This document shows, one piece after another, positions 28,364 through 38,645 of a stretch of 64,000 nt of DNA. The DNA lies in the NCBI GenBank assembly GCA_044229975.1, contig JBGARZ010000008.1, positions 128,001-192,000 of the forward strand, in the 5' to 3' direction. The stretch's first letter is position 1, and each line of letters opens with the position of its first letter. Origin of the DNA: Polyangiales bacterium (lineage in GTDB: Bacteria > Myxococcota_A > Polyangia > Polyangiales > Ga0077539). The notes under the pieces were generated by a model, which ran no database searches, was not told the DNA's origin, and saw only the letters and a program-made list of their open reading frames with translations. The position numbers and the translations under genes are program-made.

Positions 28364-30406
28364 ATGACCAAGCGCTTCTACGTCACGACGCCCATCTACT
28401 ACGTCAACGGGTCGCCCCACATCGGGCACGCGTACACGACCATCGTGGCCGACTCGCTCACGCGCTACCACCGGCTGCGCGGCGAGCGGTCGCGCTTCCT
28501 CACCGGCACCGACGAGCACGGGCAGAAGATCGAGCGCGAGGCCGCCAAGGCCGGCGTCGACCCGCGGGCCTTCGTCGACGACGTGAGCGGGCGCTTCCGC
28601 GAGCTGTGGCCGCAGCTCTCGGTGGAGCCCGACGACTTCATCCGCACCACCGAGCAGCGTCACGTCGAGAGGGTGCAGGCGTGGTGGCGCAAATGCCGCG
28701 ACGCGGGCGACCTCTACAAGGGCCATTACAAGGGCCCGTACTGCTACGGCTGCGAAGGCTACAAGACCGAGAAGGAACTCCTCCCCGGCAACCTCTGCCC
28801 CATCCACGAGCGCCCCGTGGAGATCCTCGAGACGGAGACCTGGTTCTTCCGCCTCACGAAGTACCAGGACCGGCTGCTCAAGCTCTACGAGGAGCACCCG
28901 GAGTTCGTGCTGCCCGAGACGCGGCGCAACGAGATCGTTTCGTTCGTCAGCTCGGGGCTCGAAGACCTCTCGCTGTCGCGCTCCAACTTCACCTGGGGCA
29001 TCCCCGTCCCTGACGACCCCGGGCACGTCATCTACGTCTGGTTCGACGCGCTCTTCAACTACCTGAGCGCGGTCGATACGCCTGAGTTGCGGGCGTTCTG
29101 GCCGGCGCAGGTGCAGCTCGTCGCCAAGGACATCGTGCGCTTCCATACGGTGTACTGGCCGGCCTTCCTGATGAGCGTGGGCGAGCCGTTGCCCACGACA
29201 GTGTGGGTTCACGGGTACCTGCTCTCGGGCGGTCGCAAGACCTCCAAGACCCCGGGGATGACCGCCGTGAAGACGCCGGGGACGACCGACCCGCGACGCA
29301 TCACCGCCGTGCTCGGCGCCGATGTGTTGCGCTTCTACCTCTTGCGCGAGGTGGGCTTCGGCCAGGACGGGGAGTTCTCCATCCCGGGCATCATCACCCG
29401 CGCTCGCGCCGAGCTCGGCGAGACCGTCGGCAACCTGCTCCATCGCGCGCTTCCCTTCGTGACGAAGTACTTCGAGGGGAAGGTTCCGGCGGTGGACGAG
29501 GCGCAGCTCACGGAGCTCGATCGGACGCTCCGCGCGAAGGTCACGGGCCTCGTCGCGGAGGTGGGTGCGGCGTGGGACGAGCTCGCCTTCCACCGGGCGT
29601 TGGAGCTCACCATCGAGACCGCGCGCGCGGCCAACAAGTACTTCGACGAGACCGCGCCGTGGAAGCTCGCCAAGGCGGGTGAGACCGCGCGCCTCGCGAC
29701 GGTGATCGCGCATGTGCTGGAGGTGGTTCGCACCACGGCGGTGCTGCTCTCGCCGGTGACGCCGACGAAGAGCCGCGAGCTGCTCGACCAGTTGGGCCTC
29801 GATGCGTTGACCGCACGCGAAGACGTCGACCAGTGGCCCACCACCTGGGGCGGCCTCGCGGCCGGAACGACCGTACGCCCCGGCCAACCCGTGTTTCCGA
29901 AGTACGACACCGCGACCGAAGCGGCCATGCTGGAGAGCCTCGACGTGCGCGAGGCAGAACCGACCCCGAAGAACGCGACCAAGACCATGAACACCGACGA
30001 GAAGACCACCGCCCCCGCGACCGATACTCCCGCCACTGCTCCCGCGGTTGCTGTTGCTGAGGAAGCTCCCGCGACCATCCAGTACGACGACTTCGCGAAG
30101 GTCGACCTCCGCGTCGGCAAGGTGCTCACCGCCGAGCGCATCCCGCGCAAGGACAAGCTCCTCAAGCTCTCCGTCGACCTCGGCGAGACCGCTGGGCCGC
30201 GCACCATCATCGCGGGCATCGCGCTGTCCTTCCCGGAGCCGACGGTGCTCGTGGGCAAGCAGGTGGTGGTCGTCGCCAACCTCGCGCCGCGCGACTTCGG
30301 CAAGGGCCTCGTGTCACACGGGATGCTCCTCGCCGCGGGCTCGTCGGAGGCGCTCTCGCTCGCCACCTTCGCCGACGATCGCCCCGCTGGCACCCGGGTG
30401 AAGTGA
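28364..30406 (+). CDS. metG: Methionine--tRNA ligase (canonical, with C-terminal tRNA-binding domain)
   Basis: TTPIYYVN..PHIGH, YVWFDALFNY, KDIVRFH, GNLLHR, APWKLAK, DFAKVDLRVG. Confidence 0.95.
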   Translation: MTKRFYVTTPIYYVNGSPHIGHAYTTIVADSLTRYHRLRGERSRFLTGTDEHGQKIEREAAKAGVDPRAFVDDVSGRFRELWPQLSVEPDDFIRTTEQRHVERVQAWWRKCRDAGDLYKGHYKGPYCYGCEGYKTEKELLPGNLCPIHERPVEILETETWFFRLTKYQDRLLKLYEEHPEFVLPETRRNEIVSFVSSGLEDLSLSRSNFTWGIPVPDDPGHVIYVWFDALFNYLSAVDTPELRAFWPAQVQLVAKDIVRFHTVYWPAFLMSVGEPLPTTVWVHGYLLSGGRKTSKTPGMTAVKTPGTTDPRRITAVLGADVLRFYLLREVGFGQDGEFSIPGIITRARAELGETVGNLLHRALPFVTKYFEGKVPAVDEAQLTELDRTLRAKVTGLVAEVGAAWDELAFHRALELTIETARAANKYFDETAPWKLAKAGETARLATVIAHVLEVVRTTAVLLSPVTPTKSRELLDQLGLDALTAREDVDQWPTTWGGLAAGTTVRPGQPVFPKYDTATEAAMLESLDVREAEPTPKNATKTMNTDEKTTAPATDTPATAPAVAVAEEAPATIQYDDFAKVDLRVGKVLTAERIPRKDKLLKLSVDLGETAGPRTIIAGIALSFPEPTVLVGKQVVVVANLAPRDFGKGLVSHGMLLAAGSSEALSLATFADDRPAGTRVK

Positions 30407-31260
30407 TGTTCACCCCGACGCCGCTGCGACGCACGTACGCCGCGGCGTTGCGTGACCTCACCTCCAGCAAGCCCGCCGTCCGCGCCTCGGCCGCCGCCGA
30501 CCTGCTCTCGGTCGGGACCGACGAGCCGCGCGCCGCAGCCGACGCGCTCGCCCCGCTCCTCCGCGACGCCGACAGCTCCGTGCGCGCCGCGGCGCTCACC
30601 TCTCTCGGCGCCCTCGACGCGCGGCACCTGCTCGACGAGGTCGCCGCGCGCCTCGACGACGAGCACACCACCGTCCGCCAGATGGCCGCCGTCGCGCTCT
30701 CCGACCTCGGCGGCGACCGCGCCCTCGAAGCCCTCCGCGCCGCCCTCGATCACCGCCACGAAGACGTGCGCTACCAGGCGTTGCTGGGCATCGTTCGCGC
30801 GGCGCCGATGGAGGGATTCCACGCGGCGCTGAAGACCGTCGACGACGCCGATCCCTGGATCGCCTCCGAGAGCGCCGAGCAGCTCGGCTACCTCCTCGAC
30901 CCGACGCTCGACCCTCCGCTCGACCTATCCCCCGCCGACCGCGACCGCGCCCTCGCGACGCTGCGCCGCGCCTCCGACGACCGCTACACCGCCCGGGCCC
31001 GCGTGGGCGTGCTCGCGGCCATCGCCCTGGTGCGCGCGGGGGATGTCGGCGCCGTGGACATCGTCGCGTCCTTCGCGCGCGGTGAGCTCACCATCCCCGG
31101 CAAGGACGCCTCCGAGCTGCGGCTCGACGCCATCGACGCGCTCGGCGCCGCCCGCGACCACACCGAAGCTCGCGCCGTGCTGCAACGGCTCGCGCGCAGC
31201 ATCATCCCGACACCCGCCCGCGCCCACGCCCGCATCGCGCTGGGGGAGACGTCGTCGTGA
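30406..31260 (+). CDS. HEAT-repeat protein
   Basis: L.D....VR..A...LG repeats; start overlaps the metG stop (TGATG). Confidence 0.85.
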   Translation: MFTPTPLRRTYAAALRDLTSSKPAVRASAAADLLSVGTDEPRAAADALAPLLRDADSSVRAAALTSLGALDARHLLDEVAARLDDEHTTVRQMAAVALSDLGGDRALEALRAALDHRHEDVRYQALLGIVRAAPMEGFHAALKTVDDADPWIASESAEQLGYLLDPTLDPPLDLSPADRDRALATLRRASDDRYTARARVGVLAAIALVRAGDVGAVDIVASFARGELTIPGKDASELRLDAIDALGAARDHTEARAVLQRLARSIIPTPARAHARIALGETSS

Positions 31261-32039
31261 GCGTTCCCCTCGTCGACTCGCACTGTCACCTCGACTACGC
31301 CGCCTCGCCCGAGGAGCGCGCCGCCGTGCTCGCCCGCGGCCGCGCGGCGGGCATCGCGTGGTTCGTCACCGTCGGCGTCGGCCGCGGAACCGACGGCGCC
31401 CGCGACGCCATCGCCATCGCCGAGGCCGAAGCCGACGTGCGCGCGACGGCGGGCGTTCATCCCCACGACGCCGCGGAGTGCACCGACGGCACCGTCGCCG
31501 CGATGGAGGCGATGATCGCCCACGACAAGGTGCTGGCCGTCGGCGAGATCGGCCTCGACTACCACTACGACAACTCGCCGCGCGAGGTGCAGCAGCGGGT
31601 GTTTCGCCGCTTCGTGGCGCTGGCGAAGGCGGCGAAGAAGCCCATCGTGATCCATACGCGCGAGGCGGCGGCCGACACGCTGGCGATCCTGCGCGAGGAG
31701 GGCGCGCGCGACGTGGGCGGCGTCATCCACTGCTTCTCCGAAGACGAGACCTTCGCGCGCGCCGCGATGGACCTCGACTTCGACATCAGCTTGTCGGGCA
31801 TCGTGACCTTCAAGAAGGCCGAGGCCGTGCGCGCGGCGGCGAAGGTCATCCCCCTCGACCGGCTGATGATCGAGACCGACTCGCCGTACCTCGCGCCCAT
31901 CCCGATGCGGGGCAAGCCCAACGAGCCGTCGTACCTGGCGCACACCGCGCGGCAGCTCGCCGAGCTGCGCGGGATGCCCGAGGACGAGCTCCGGGCGCGC
32001 ACCACGGAGACGGCCACGCGGCGCTTCGGGCTGCGTTAA
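31257..32039 (+). CDS. tatD: TatD family hydrolase
   Basis: DSHCH, GVHPH, VGEIGLDY, IHTRE, IHCFS, ETDSPYLAP. Confidence 0.95.
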   Translation: MSVPLVDSHCHLDYAASPEERAAVLARGRAAGIAWFVTVGVGRGTDGARDAIAIAEAEADVRATAGVHPHDAAECTDGTVAAMEAMIAHDKVLAVGEIGLDYHYDNSPREVQQRVFRRFVALAKAAKKPIVIHTREAAADTLAILREEGARDVGGVIHCFSEDETFARAAMDLDFDISLSGIVTFKKAEAVRAAAKVIPLDRLMIETDSPYLAPIPMRGKPNEPSYLAHTARQLAELRGMPEDELRARTTETATRRFGLR

Positions 32040-32101
32040 CAGCGGGTCGTGTCGCGGTGCAGCAACGGCCGGGCGCTGTGATAGCGTCCGCGCCGCCGAC
32101 G

Positions 32102-33136
32102 ATGACCGACCCCAAAGACCACGATTCCCATTCCGTCATCCGGGTGACTCCGCCGGGCAAGGTGGTGGCACTCACCGGGGCCAACGGCTTCCTGGGCAGC
32201 AACCTCATCGGCCTCCTGGAGGACGACGACCGCGTGTCGCGAATCGTCGCGCTCGACGTCGAGCGACCCACCACGGCCGGCCGCAAGACCCGCTTCTACA
32301 AGGTCGACCTCACGCAGCCGCGGGTCGACTCGCGGCTCGCGGAGATCTTCGCCAGCGAGCAGGTCGACACGCTCCTGCACATGGCCTTCCTGTCGTCGCC
32401 GACGCACGCGAGCGCCTGGGCGCACGAGCTGGAGAGCGTGGGCACCGCGCACCTGCTCAACGCGTGTCGCGAGCGGCCGGTGCGAAAGTTCGTGCTGTGG
32501 TCGCACACGATTCTCTACGGGGCGTCGCCGCGTAACCCCAACTTCCTCCCGGAGACGCACCCGCTGCGGGGCCGCGCGGAGAGCCGCTTCCTGCGCGACA
32601 AGATCGAGGCCGAGCAGGTCGTCGCCAGCTTCGCCCGCACCTCGCCCGGAACCATCGTCACGGTGCTCCGCCTCGCCTCGCTGCTCGGCCCGACGGTGAA
32701 CAACTACCTCACGCGCTACCTCGGTCGATCGCTCGTCCCGACGGTGATGGGCTTCGACCCGCTGATGCAGTTTCTCCACGAGGTCGACGCGCTGGCGGCC
32801 TTCAAGCTCGCCGTGATGCGCGACATCCCCGGCGTCTACAACATCGTCGGCGATGGGGTGCTGCCGCTGTCCACGGTGATCCAGCTCGCGGGCCGCGTGA
32901 GCCTCCCGATCCCCCACCCGGTGATCTACCCCATCGCGCGCGCGCTCTGGGCGGCGCAGCTCAGCGAGGCGCCCCCCACCTTCATCGACTACGCCCGCTG
33001 GCTCTGCGTGGCCGACGGCGACAAGGCGCTGCACGAGCTGAAGTTCAGGCCCGCGTTCACGACCCGCGAGGCCGTGCTCGACTACACCAACGCCCAGCGC
33101 ATGCGCGACGCCAAGCTGCTTCGCACGACCCCGTAG
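32102..33136 (+). CDS. NAD-dependent epimerase/dehydratase family protein
   Basis: TGANGFLG Rossmann motif; start placed at MTDPKD. Confidence 0.88.
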   Translation: MTDPKDHDSHSVIRVTPPGKVVALTGANGFLGSNLIGLLEDDDRVSRIVALDVERPTTAGRKTRFYKVDLTQPRVDSRLAEIFASEQVDTLLHMAFLSSPTHASAWAHELESVGTAHLLNACRERPVRKFVLWSHTILYGASPRNPNFLPETHPLRGRAESRFLRDKIEAEQVVASFARTSPGTIVTVLRLASLLGPTVNNYLTRYLGRSLVPTVMGFDPLMQFLHEVDALAAFKLAVMRDIPGVYNIVGDGVLPLSTVIQLAGRVSLPIPHPVIYPIARALWAAQLSEAPPTFIDYARWLCVADGDKALHELKFRPAFTTREAVLDYTNAQRMRDAKLLRTTP

Positions 33137-33147
33137 AGAGAACACCC

Positions 33148-34488
33148 ATGGCGCGCAAAGTCCTCGGCAACGACCCCTTCAGCGCGGAGACCCCGAAGGG
33201 CGCCCCCGCGAAGAAGCCCATCCCTCCGAAGAAGGCCGCTCCCGCGAAGGCGAAGGCCCCGGTCGCTCCGGCGAAGAAGGCCGCTCCACCCGCGAAGAAG
33301 ACCGTCGCGGCGAAGCAGGTCGTCGCACCGCCCGTGGTCGAAGAGTCCATCGCGACGCCCGTGGTCGAAGAGCCCGTCGCAGCACCCGCGGAGGTCGTCG
33401 AGGCGCCCATCGTCGCGGCGTCGGATCTCATCGAAGAGGCGCCCGCCGTCGAGGCACCTTCACCGTCGCTGGAGTCCGTCGTGGCCCAGCTCGACGCGCT
33501 GCTCGACCAGGCGATGGAGCCCACCGAGCACCGCCCGCTGCTCGACCGCCTCGCGTCGCGGCTGAAGTCGCTGGTGCAGCCCGAGCGCGCCCTCGCGGTG
33601 GAGTCTCCGCCCGCCGTCACCGACCGCGAGCCCTTCGACGCCGCGCGCGAGCTGCACGCCAGCGACTACTACCTCCGTCGCTGGGGTCAGACGGCCATCC
33701 GCGATCGGTCCGAGGAGGTCGACGACTTCGGCCTCGACCCCAACTACGCGCAGCGCTGGCAGCCCGTCTGGAACCTCCTCTACGAGCACTGGTGGCGCGT
33801 CGAGGTGGAGGGCGTCGAGAACGTCCCCGCGACGGGTCGCGTGGCGCTGGTGGCCAACCACTCGGGGGCGATTCCCTTCGACGGCATCATGCTGGCGACG
33901 GCGCTGCGCAGGGAGCACCCGTCGCAGCGCACGCTCCGCTGGCTGGCGGAGGATTTCATCTTCCACTTCCCCTTCGCGGGCGCGTACCTCAACCGCCTCG
34001 GAGCCGTGCGCGCGTGCCAGGAAAACGCCGAGCGGCTGCTGTTGAAGGACGCGTGTCTGGCGCTCTTCCCGGAGGGCGTGAAGGGCATCGCGAAGCCGTT
34101 TCGCGAGCGCTACCAGCTCCAGCGCTTCGGTCGCGGCGGGCACATCAAGCTCGCCATTCGCACGGGCACACCCATCGTCCCGGTGACCATCATCGGCGCG
34201 GAGGAGGCGCACCCGATGATGTTGCCGTCGGGGCGCATCGCGAAGATGCTCGGGCTGCCGTTCGTGCCGGTGACGCCGACGTTTCCGCTGCTCGGTCCGC
34301 TCGGCCTCGCGGGGCTGCCGGCGCGGTGGAAGATCTCCTTCGGCGAGCCCATCCCGATGGACGGCTACCGCCCCGAGCAGAGCGAAGACATCGTGCTGGT
34401 CAACCGCCTCAACGAGAAGCTGCGGGAGACCATCCAGGGGTCGCTCGACCGGCTGCTGCGGGCGCGGCAGTCGGTGTTCAAGGGGTAG
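33148..34488 (+). CDS. Lysophospholipid acyltransferase (PlsC-like) with Lys/Ala/Pro-rich N-terminus
   Basis: VANHSGAIPFD, LFPEG, PIVPV. Confidence 0.9.
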   Translation: MARKVLGNDPFSAETPKGAPAKKPIPPKKAAPAKAKAPVAPAKKAAPPAKKTVAAKQVVAPPVVEESIATPVVEEPVAAPAEVVEAPIVAASDLIEEAPAVEAPSPSLESVVAQLDALLDQAMEPTEHRPLLDRLASRLKSLVQPERALAVESPPAVTDREPFDAARELHASDYYLRRWGQTAIRDRSEEVDDFGLDPNYAQRWQPVWNLLYEHWWRVEVEGVENVPATGRVALVANHSGAIPFDGIMLATALRREHPSQRTLRWLAEDFIFHFPFAGAYLNRLGAVRACQENAERLLLKDACLALFPEGVKGIAKPFRERYQLQRFGRGGHIKLAIRTGTPIVPVTIIGAEEAHPMMLPSGRIAKMLGLPFVPVTPTFPLLGPLGLAGLPARWKISFGEPIPMDGYRPEQSEDIVLVNRLNEKLRETIQGSLDRLLRARQSVFKG

Positions 34489-34566
34489 AGGGCTCTCCGC
34501 GCACTCTTGATGGGTGCGGCCGAGAGAGCGAGCACACCAGAGCCAGGACGGTCATGCCGGTGACCG

Positions 34567-36168
34567 TCAGCGCTTGAACCGCCGACGCACCCCGCCCACC
34601 AGGCGCTTCGCCTCCGGCTCGCCCAGCGCGAACCCGATCGCCAGGTACGCCGCGCCGAAGACCGCGAGCGTCGGCGGCGCCACCAGCAGCGGACGATCCC
34701 CCACCAGCGCGCGCAGCGGAACGTGCGCCGCCCACCCGAGCGCCGCCGCGGCGAACGCGCCCGCCCAGAGCCGCGTGACGACGGCGAACGCGAGCCCGTT
34801 TGGACCGACGACGCGGGTGAGCGACGCGCGCAGCAGGGCGTACTCGACCCACCCGGCGAGGCCCGCGGAGGCGGTGAGCCCGACGGTGCCCCACGAGGCG
34901 CCGAGCCCGAGCGCGCGCACCAGCGGAAACGCGAACACGTACCCGAGCCCCGCCGTCAGCGCGAGCCGCAGCAGCGCGACGCGCATCGGCGTGCGGGTGT
35001 CGCGGAGCGCGTAGAACGCCGACGAGTACAGCCGCGCCATGGTCTGCCCGAGGAGCCCGACGGCCGACCCCGCGAGCGTCGCCCAGACCCACACGGTGTC
35101 CGCGCGGTGAAACACGCCGCGCTGGAAGAGCAGGCCCGCGATGTGCTCGCCGAGCGCGACGAAGGCCACCGCCGACGGCACCACGAAGAACGCCAACCGA
35201 CGCAACCCCGCGTCGAGGCGCGCGGCGACGGCGCGGTGCACCTCCTCGGGCGTGCCGGTGGCGGAGGCCATCTCGGGGAGCTCGGCGGCGGAGATCGCGA
35301 CGCCGAAGAGGCTCACCGGCAGGAGGCTGATGGTCTGCGCGTAGCCGAGCGTGGCGACGGCGCCGAGGGGCAGCAGGCTCGCGAGGATCTGGTCGATGTA
35401 CGCGCTGAGCTGCGCGACGCCGCGCGCGAGGAGCGCCGGTCCGAAGCGGGTGACCACCGCGCGCACCTCGGGAGACGCGAGGCCGAGGGTGGGCCGCGCG
35501 CCGCCGACGAGGCGCAGCGCCGCGGGGAGCTGGAGGGCGAGCTGGAGGACGGCGCCCGCGACGGTTCCGTAGGCGGCGGCGCGGGCGAGGGCGAAGGGCC
35601 CGGCGGCGCGGCCGGTGAGGAAGAGCGCGACGACGACCGCGGCGCTGGAGACGACGGGCACGACGTAGGGGAGAAAGAAGCGGCGGTGGCTGTTGAGGAC
35701 GCCGAGGCACCACGCGGACAGGACGAGCACGCCGACGCCGGGGAAGAAGATGCGGACGAGCGCGAGGGTCTCGACGCGGCGCGCGCCCTGGAAGCCCGGC
35801 GCGACGAGCCCGACGAACGAAGGCGCGAGGAGCATCCCGAGCGCCACGAGGGCGGCGGTGACGAGCGCGAGGATCGTCGCGACGGCGGAGGCCACCACCA
35901 CGGCGTCGCGGTCGCGCCCCGCCGCGCGGAGCTTCGCGTACGCGGGGATGAACGACGCGCTGAGCGCGCCTTCGCCGAGGAGGTTCTGGAGGACGTTGGG
36001 GATGCGAAACGCGGCGGTGAAGACGTCGGCCCCGACGCTGCTCCCAAGGAAGGCAGCGAACACCGACTGCCGCACGAGGCCCGCGAGGCGGCTCGCGAGG
36101 ATGCCGGCCTGCACCATGAGCGCGCCGCGCGAGCTGGAGCGAGCGGGTGCGTCGGAAGCGTCGGGCAT
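34567..36168 (-). CDS. murJ: Lipid II flippase
   Basis: SRLAGLVR, AFRIPN.L.NLLGEGALSASFIP, AFYALRDTRTP. Confidence 0.95.
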   Translation of the reverse strand: MPDASDAPARSSSRGALMVQAGILASRLAGLVRQSVFAAFLGSSVGADVFTAAFRIPNVLQNLLGEGALSASFIPAYAKLRAAGRDRDAVVVASAVATILALVTAALVALGMLLAPSFVGLVAPGFQGARRVETLALVRIFFPGVGVLVLSAWCLGVLNSHRRFFLPYVVPVVSSAAVVVALFLTGRAAGPFALARAAAYGTVAGAVLQLALQLPAALRLVGGARPTLGLASPEVRAVVTRFGPALLARGVAQLSAYIDQILASLLPLGAVATLGYAQTISLLPVSLFGVAISAAELPEMASATGTPEEVHRAVAARLDAGLRRLAFFVVPSAVAFVALGEHIAGLLFQRGVFHRADTVWVWATLAGSAVGLLGQTMARLYSSAFYALRDTRTPMRVALLRLALTAGLGYVFAFPLVRALGLGASWGTVGLTASAGLAGWVEYALLRASLTRVVGPNGLAFAVVTRLWAGAFAAAALGWAAHVPLRALVGDRPLLVAPPTLAVFGAAYLAIGFALGEPEAKRLVGGVRRRFKR

Positions 36169-36394
36169 CGGAGAGACCGTGACCTAGCGGAGAACGCCCG
36201 AGGCGACCAATTTGCCGAACGGTCAGCAGGCGAGCAGCTCGCCGAGGCCCGGCACCGGTCAGGCCCGCAGTCACCGGGGGCCACGCCGCAGCGTCAGCAA
36301 GGCGCGCAACGGTCAGGCTCGCAGCCACCGGGCCTCCCGACCGCGAGCGCGCGGCTTTGCGCCAGACCGTCGTCCCGGCCTACACCGGAGCGCG

Positions 36395-36940
36395 ATGGAT
36401 GCCCCCGACGCCCTCGCCTGCAACTTCGTCGACCCCCAGCTCTCGTCGCGGCTCGGCGACGCCCCGCTGCTCGACGCGGCGGCCCTCGACCGCGCCGTCG
36501 CAGTGCCGTGGACCGAGGGACTCCACGCCGCCATCGAGCGCTGGTCCGCGTTCGCCCGCGTCGGCGCGCCTGCGTACGACTTCTACCGTGACACCCTCCC
36601 GAAGGTCCGCGCGTGGGCGCTCGAACAGCACCCGCAGCCGCCGTTGACGCTCCTGCGGCGGGGCGAGCCGTGGAGCCTCGCGCTCTCACCGCGGCACGCG
36701 CGGCACCTCCTCGCCTGCGCCTTCTTCCTCGGCACCCTCGACACGAACACGGCGGGCGGTCTCTCGCTCGCGGGGCTCTACGAATTGGAGGAGTCCTCCG
36801 CGGTCGAGCGCATCGTCTGCCTGCTCGCCTACCTCCACACCGCCGACGCGGCCGACGATGTGCCGAGCCGATCGTTCCAGGGGAAGCCCTGCGCCTCGGC
36901 GAGCTCGCGGGAGACGCCCGTGTGGATCGCGTCGATGTAG
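36395..36940 (+). pseudogene. Truncated poly(ADP-ribose) glycohydrolase-like gene (helical domain only; homology ends near 36865)
   Basis: FYRDTLP.V...AL...QPPL.LL...SL.LS....LLACAFF...ERI.CLLAY resembles the canonical PARG pre-catalytic region; no GGG..QEE macrodomain follows. Confidence 0.65.
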
Positions 36941-37068
36941 ACCTCACCGTGCGCGCGCAGCAGCACGCGCGGGTCGAGCGCTGGAGGGTCGACGATCCAC
37001 GCGGCCTTCTCGACGGTCTCGAACTCGCTGCCCGGGACGAGGTACTCGGGGCTGAAGAAGACCTTCAT
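36829..37068 (-). pseudogene. N-terminal fragment of a histone deacetylase-family protein
   Basis: MKVFFSPEY...FET..KA.WI...LLRAH...Y+DA+.TG...LAEAQGFPW; lacks HH, GFC and DxH motifs. Confidence 0.65.
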
Positions 37069-37079
37069 GGCCGCGCGAT

Positions 37080-38156
37080 TCAGCCGCGCAGCGCAGCGTC
37101 GACCAGCGAGACGCAGAGCGCGTCGAGCGCCTTCCGGTCGGGCGCGTGCGGCAGCGGTGATGCCTTCGCGAGCGCGTCGAGCGCGGCGTCTTCGGCCGCA
37201 ACGAACTCCCGCAGGCGGTCGAAGCTCCACGCGCCCTCGCGGATGGAGAGCAGCTCGTCGCGGTCGGGCCGCCCCACCCGCACCTCGCCCGTGGTGAGAA
37301 TCTCGCGGCACATCCGCAGGAGCCGAACGATGTGCGCGCCGAACTTGGTGTCGTAGCCGAAGCGAGACTCCAGCTCGGCGCGACGCGGGTTGCGCGCCTT
37401 CTTCCACGCCGCGTACTGCTCCCAGTCGCGCTGCCTCGCGCGGAGTTCGCGCTCGCGCAGCATCAGCCCCGCGAGGTCGTCGCCGAGGCCGAGGTGCCGG
37501 GCCGCCGCGCGCCAGGCTGGATCGTCCGCCGCGACCCGCTCGCCCAACGCGGAGGTGATGCGTTCGCGAAGGTCGTCCTGCGCGTCGCGCGGGAGCGGCG
37601 ACAGGTCGACGTCCCAGGTCTTGAGCAGGCGCTCCATCTCGGCGTGCACCGCCGCGAGCCGCGTCTGCTCCTGCTCGGTGAGGGCGTCGAGGCCGAAGTC
37701 CTCGCGCCGCGGCGGACTCACGGGCGGCGCGCTCGCCCACGCGTGGTGGCGCTCCAGGCGCTTGAGCTGCGCCATCGCGAAGCCCGAGAAGGTGTGCCGC
37801 GCCTTGCGCGAGAGGAAGAGGTCGCGCGCCGCGAGAAGCCTCTCACCAACGGGCGTGACGCCAAGGTGATCGGCGGGGTCGGTGAACAGCACCTCGATGA
37901 TGCTCGGGTTGCAGTCCGCCGCGAGCGTCATGAACTTCCGCAGCTCGTAGACGACGAGGTCGGGGTCGCTGCACTCGGCCTGCTCGAAGCGGCTCGCGAA
38001 GCCCAGGTAGTACTCGCGCGGCGCGATCGCGACGCCCTTCACGTCAAGGTCGCTGGCCGGCGTCGCGAGCCCATAGGCGTGCGAGCCGTGACGGGTGAGG
38101 AAGATGGTTCGCTCGGGCAGCCACGTCAGGTTGCCCCTGTACCCCGGTATCTCCAT
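37080..38156 (-). CDS. DNA polymerase beta-superfamily nucleotidyltransferase (RlaP/YcgL-like)
   Basis: GSHAYGLAT..SDLDVKG, NPSIIEVL, GYDTK...H.VRLL, LL.IR.G. Confidence 0.88.
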   Translation of the reverse strand: MEIPGYRGNLTWLPERTIFLTRHGSHAYGLATPASDLDVKGVAIAPREYYLGFASRFEQAECSDPDLVVYELRKFMTLAADCNPSIIEVLFTDPADHLGVTPVGERLLAARDLFLSRKARHTFSGFAMAQLKRLERHHAWASAPPVSPPRREDFGLDALTEQEQTRLAAVHAEMERLLKTWDVDLSPLPRDAQDDLRERITSALGERVAADDPAWRAAARHLGLGDDLAGLMLRERELRARQRDWEQYAAWKKARNPRRAELESRFGYDTKFGAHIVRLLRMCREILTTGEVRVGRPDRDELLSIREGAWSFDRLREFVAAEDAALDALAKASPLPHAPDRKALDALCVSLVDAALRG

Positions 38157-38249
38157 GGTGCGCAGTCTGATCGCGAGACGCGCAGGCCGCTACCCCTCTT
38201 CGGCGCGGGTGAGGTCCACCGTGCGCCCGATGTACCACCTCGCTCATCC

Positions 38250-38594
38250 GCGTAGTGTCCCAGGTTGAGTCGCGGTGTCCCAGGTTGAGAACCCGCCGCG
38301 TCCACGCCGGAGTTCACCGTGCCGCCCCCGCGCCCGTCATGCTCGGTTCACTCCGGGCTACCACACGCGGATCGCCCCGCCGAAGCGGGGCTCAGGAGGC
38401 CCACCTGAAGGCACTCGATCGTCCCTGGGTGGACGCACGGAGCCCCGCTTCGGCGGGGCGATCCGCGTGTGGTAGCCCGGAGTGAACCGAGCATGACGGG
38501 CGCGGGGGCGGCACGGTGAACTCCGGCGTGGACGCGGCGAGCTGTCCTACGTTGGAAGCGGAGGAGAAATCGGTGTCCTCAGCAGGACACCACC
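38250..38594. mobile_element. Palindromic MITE-like element, family A copy 3 (perfect 100-bp arms 38294-38393 / 38440-38539; flanks inverted relative to copy 2)
   Basis: Ends GTAGTGTCC...GGACACCACC; GCTCATCC (38242-38249) and GCTCGTCC (38595-38602) on either side. Confidence 0.88.
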
Positions 38595-38645
38595 GCTCGT
38601 CCCGCCGGGTTGCGTGCGATCGCCGATCGCGCTCACCCTCGCGCC

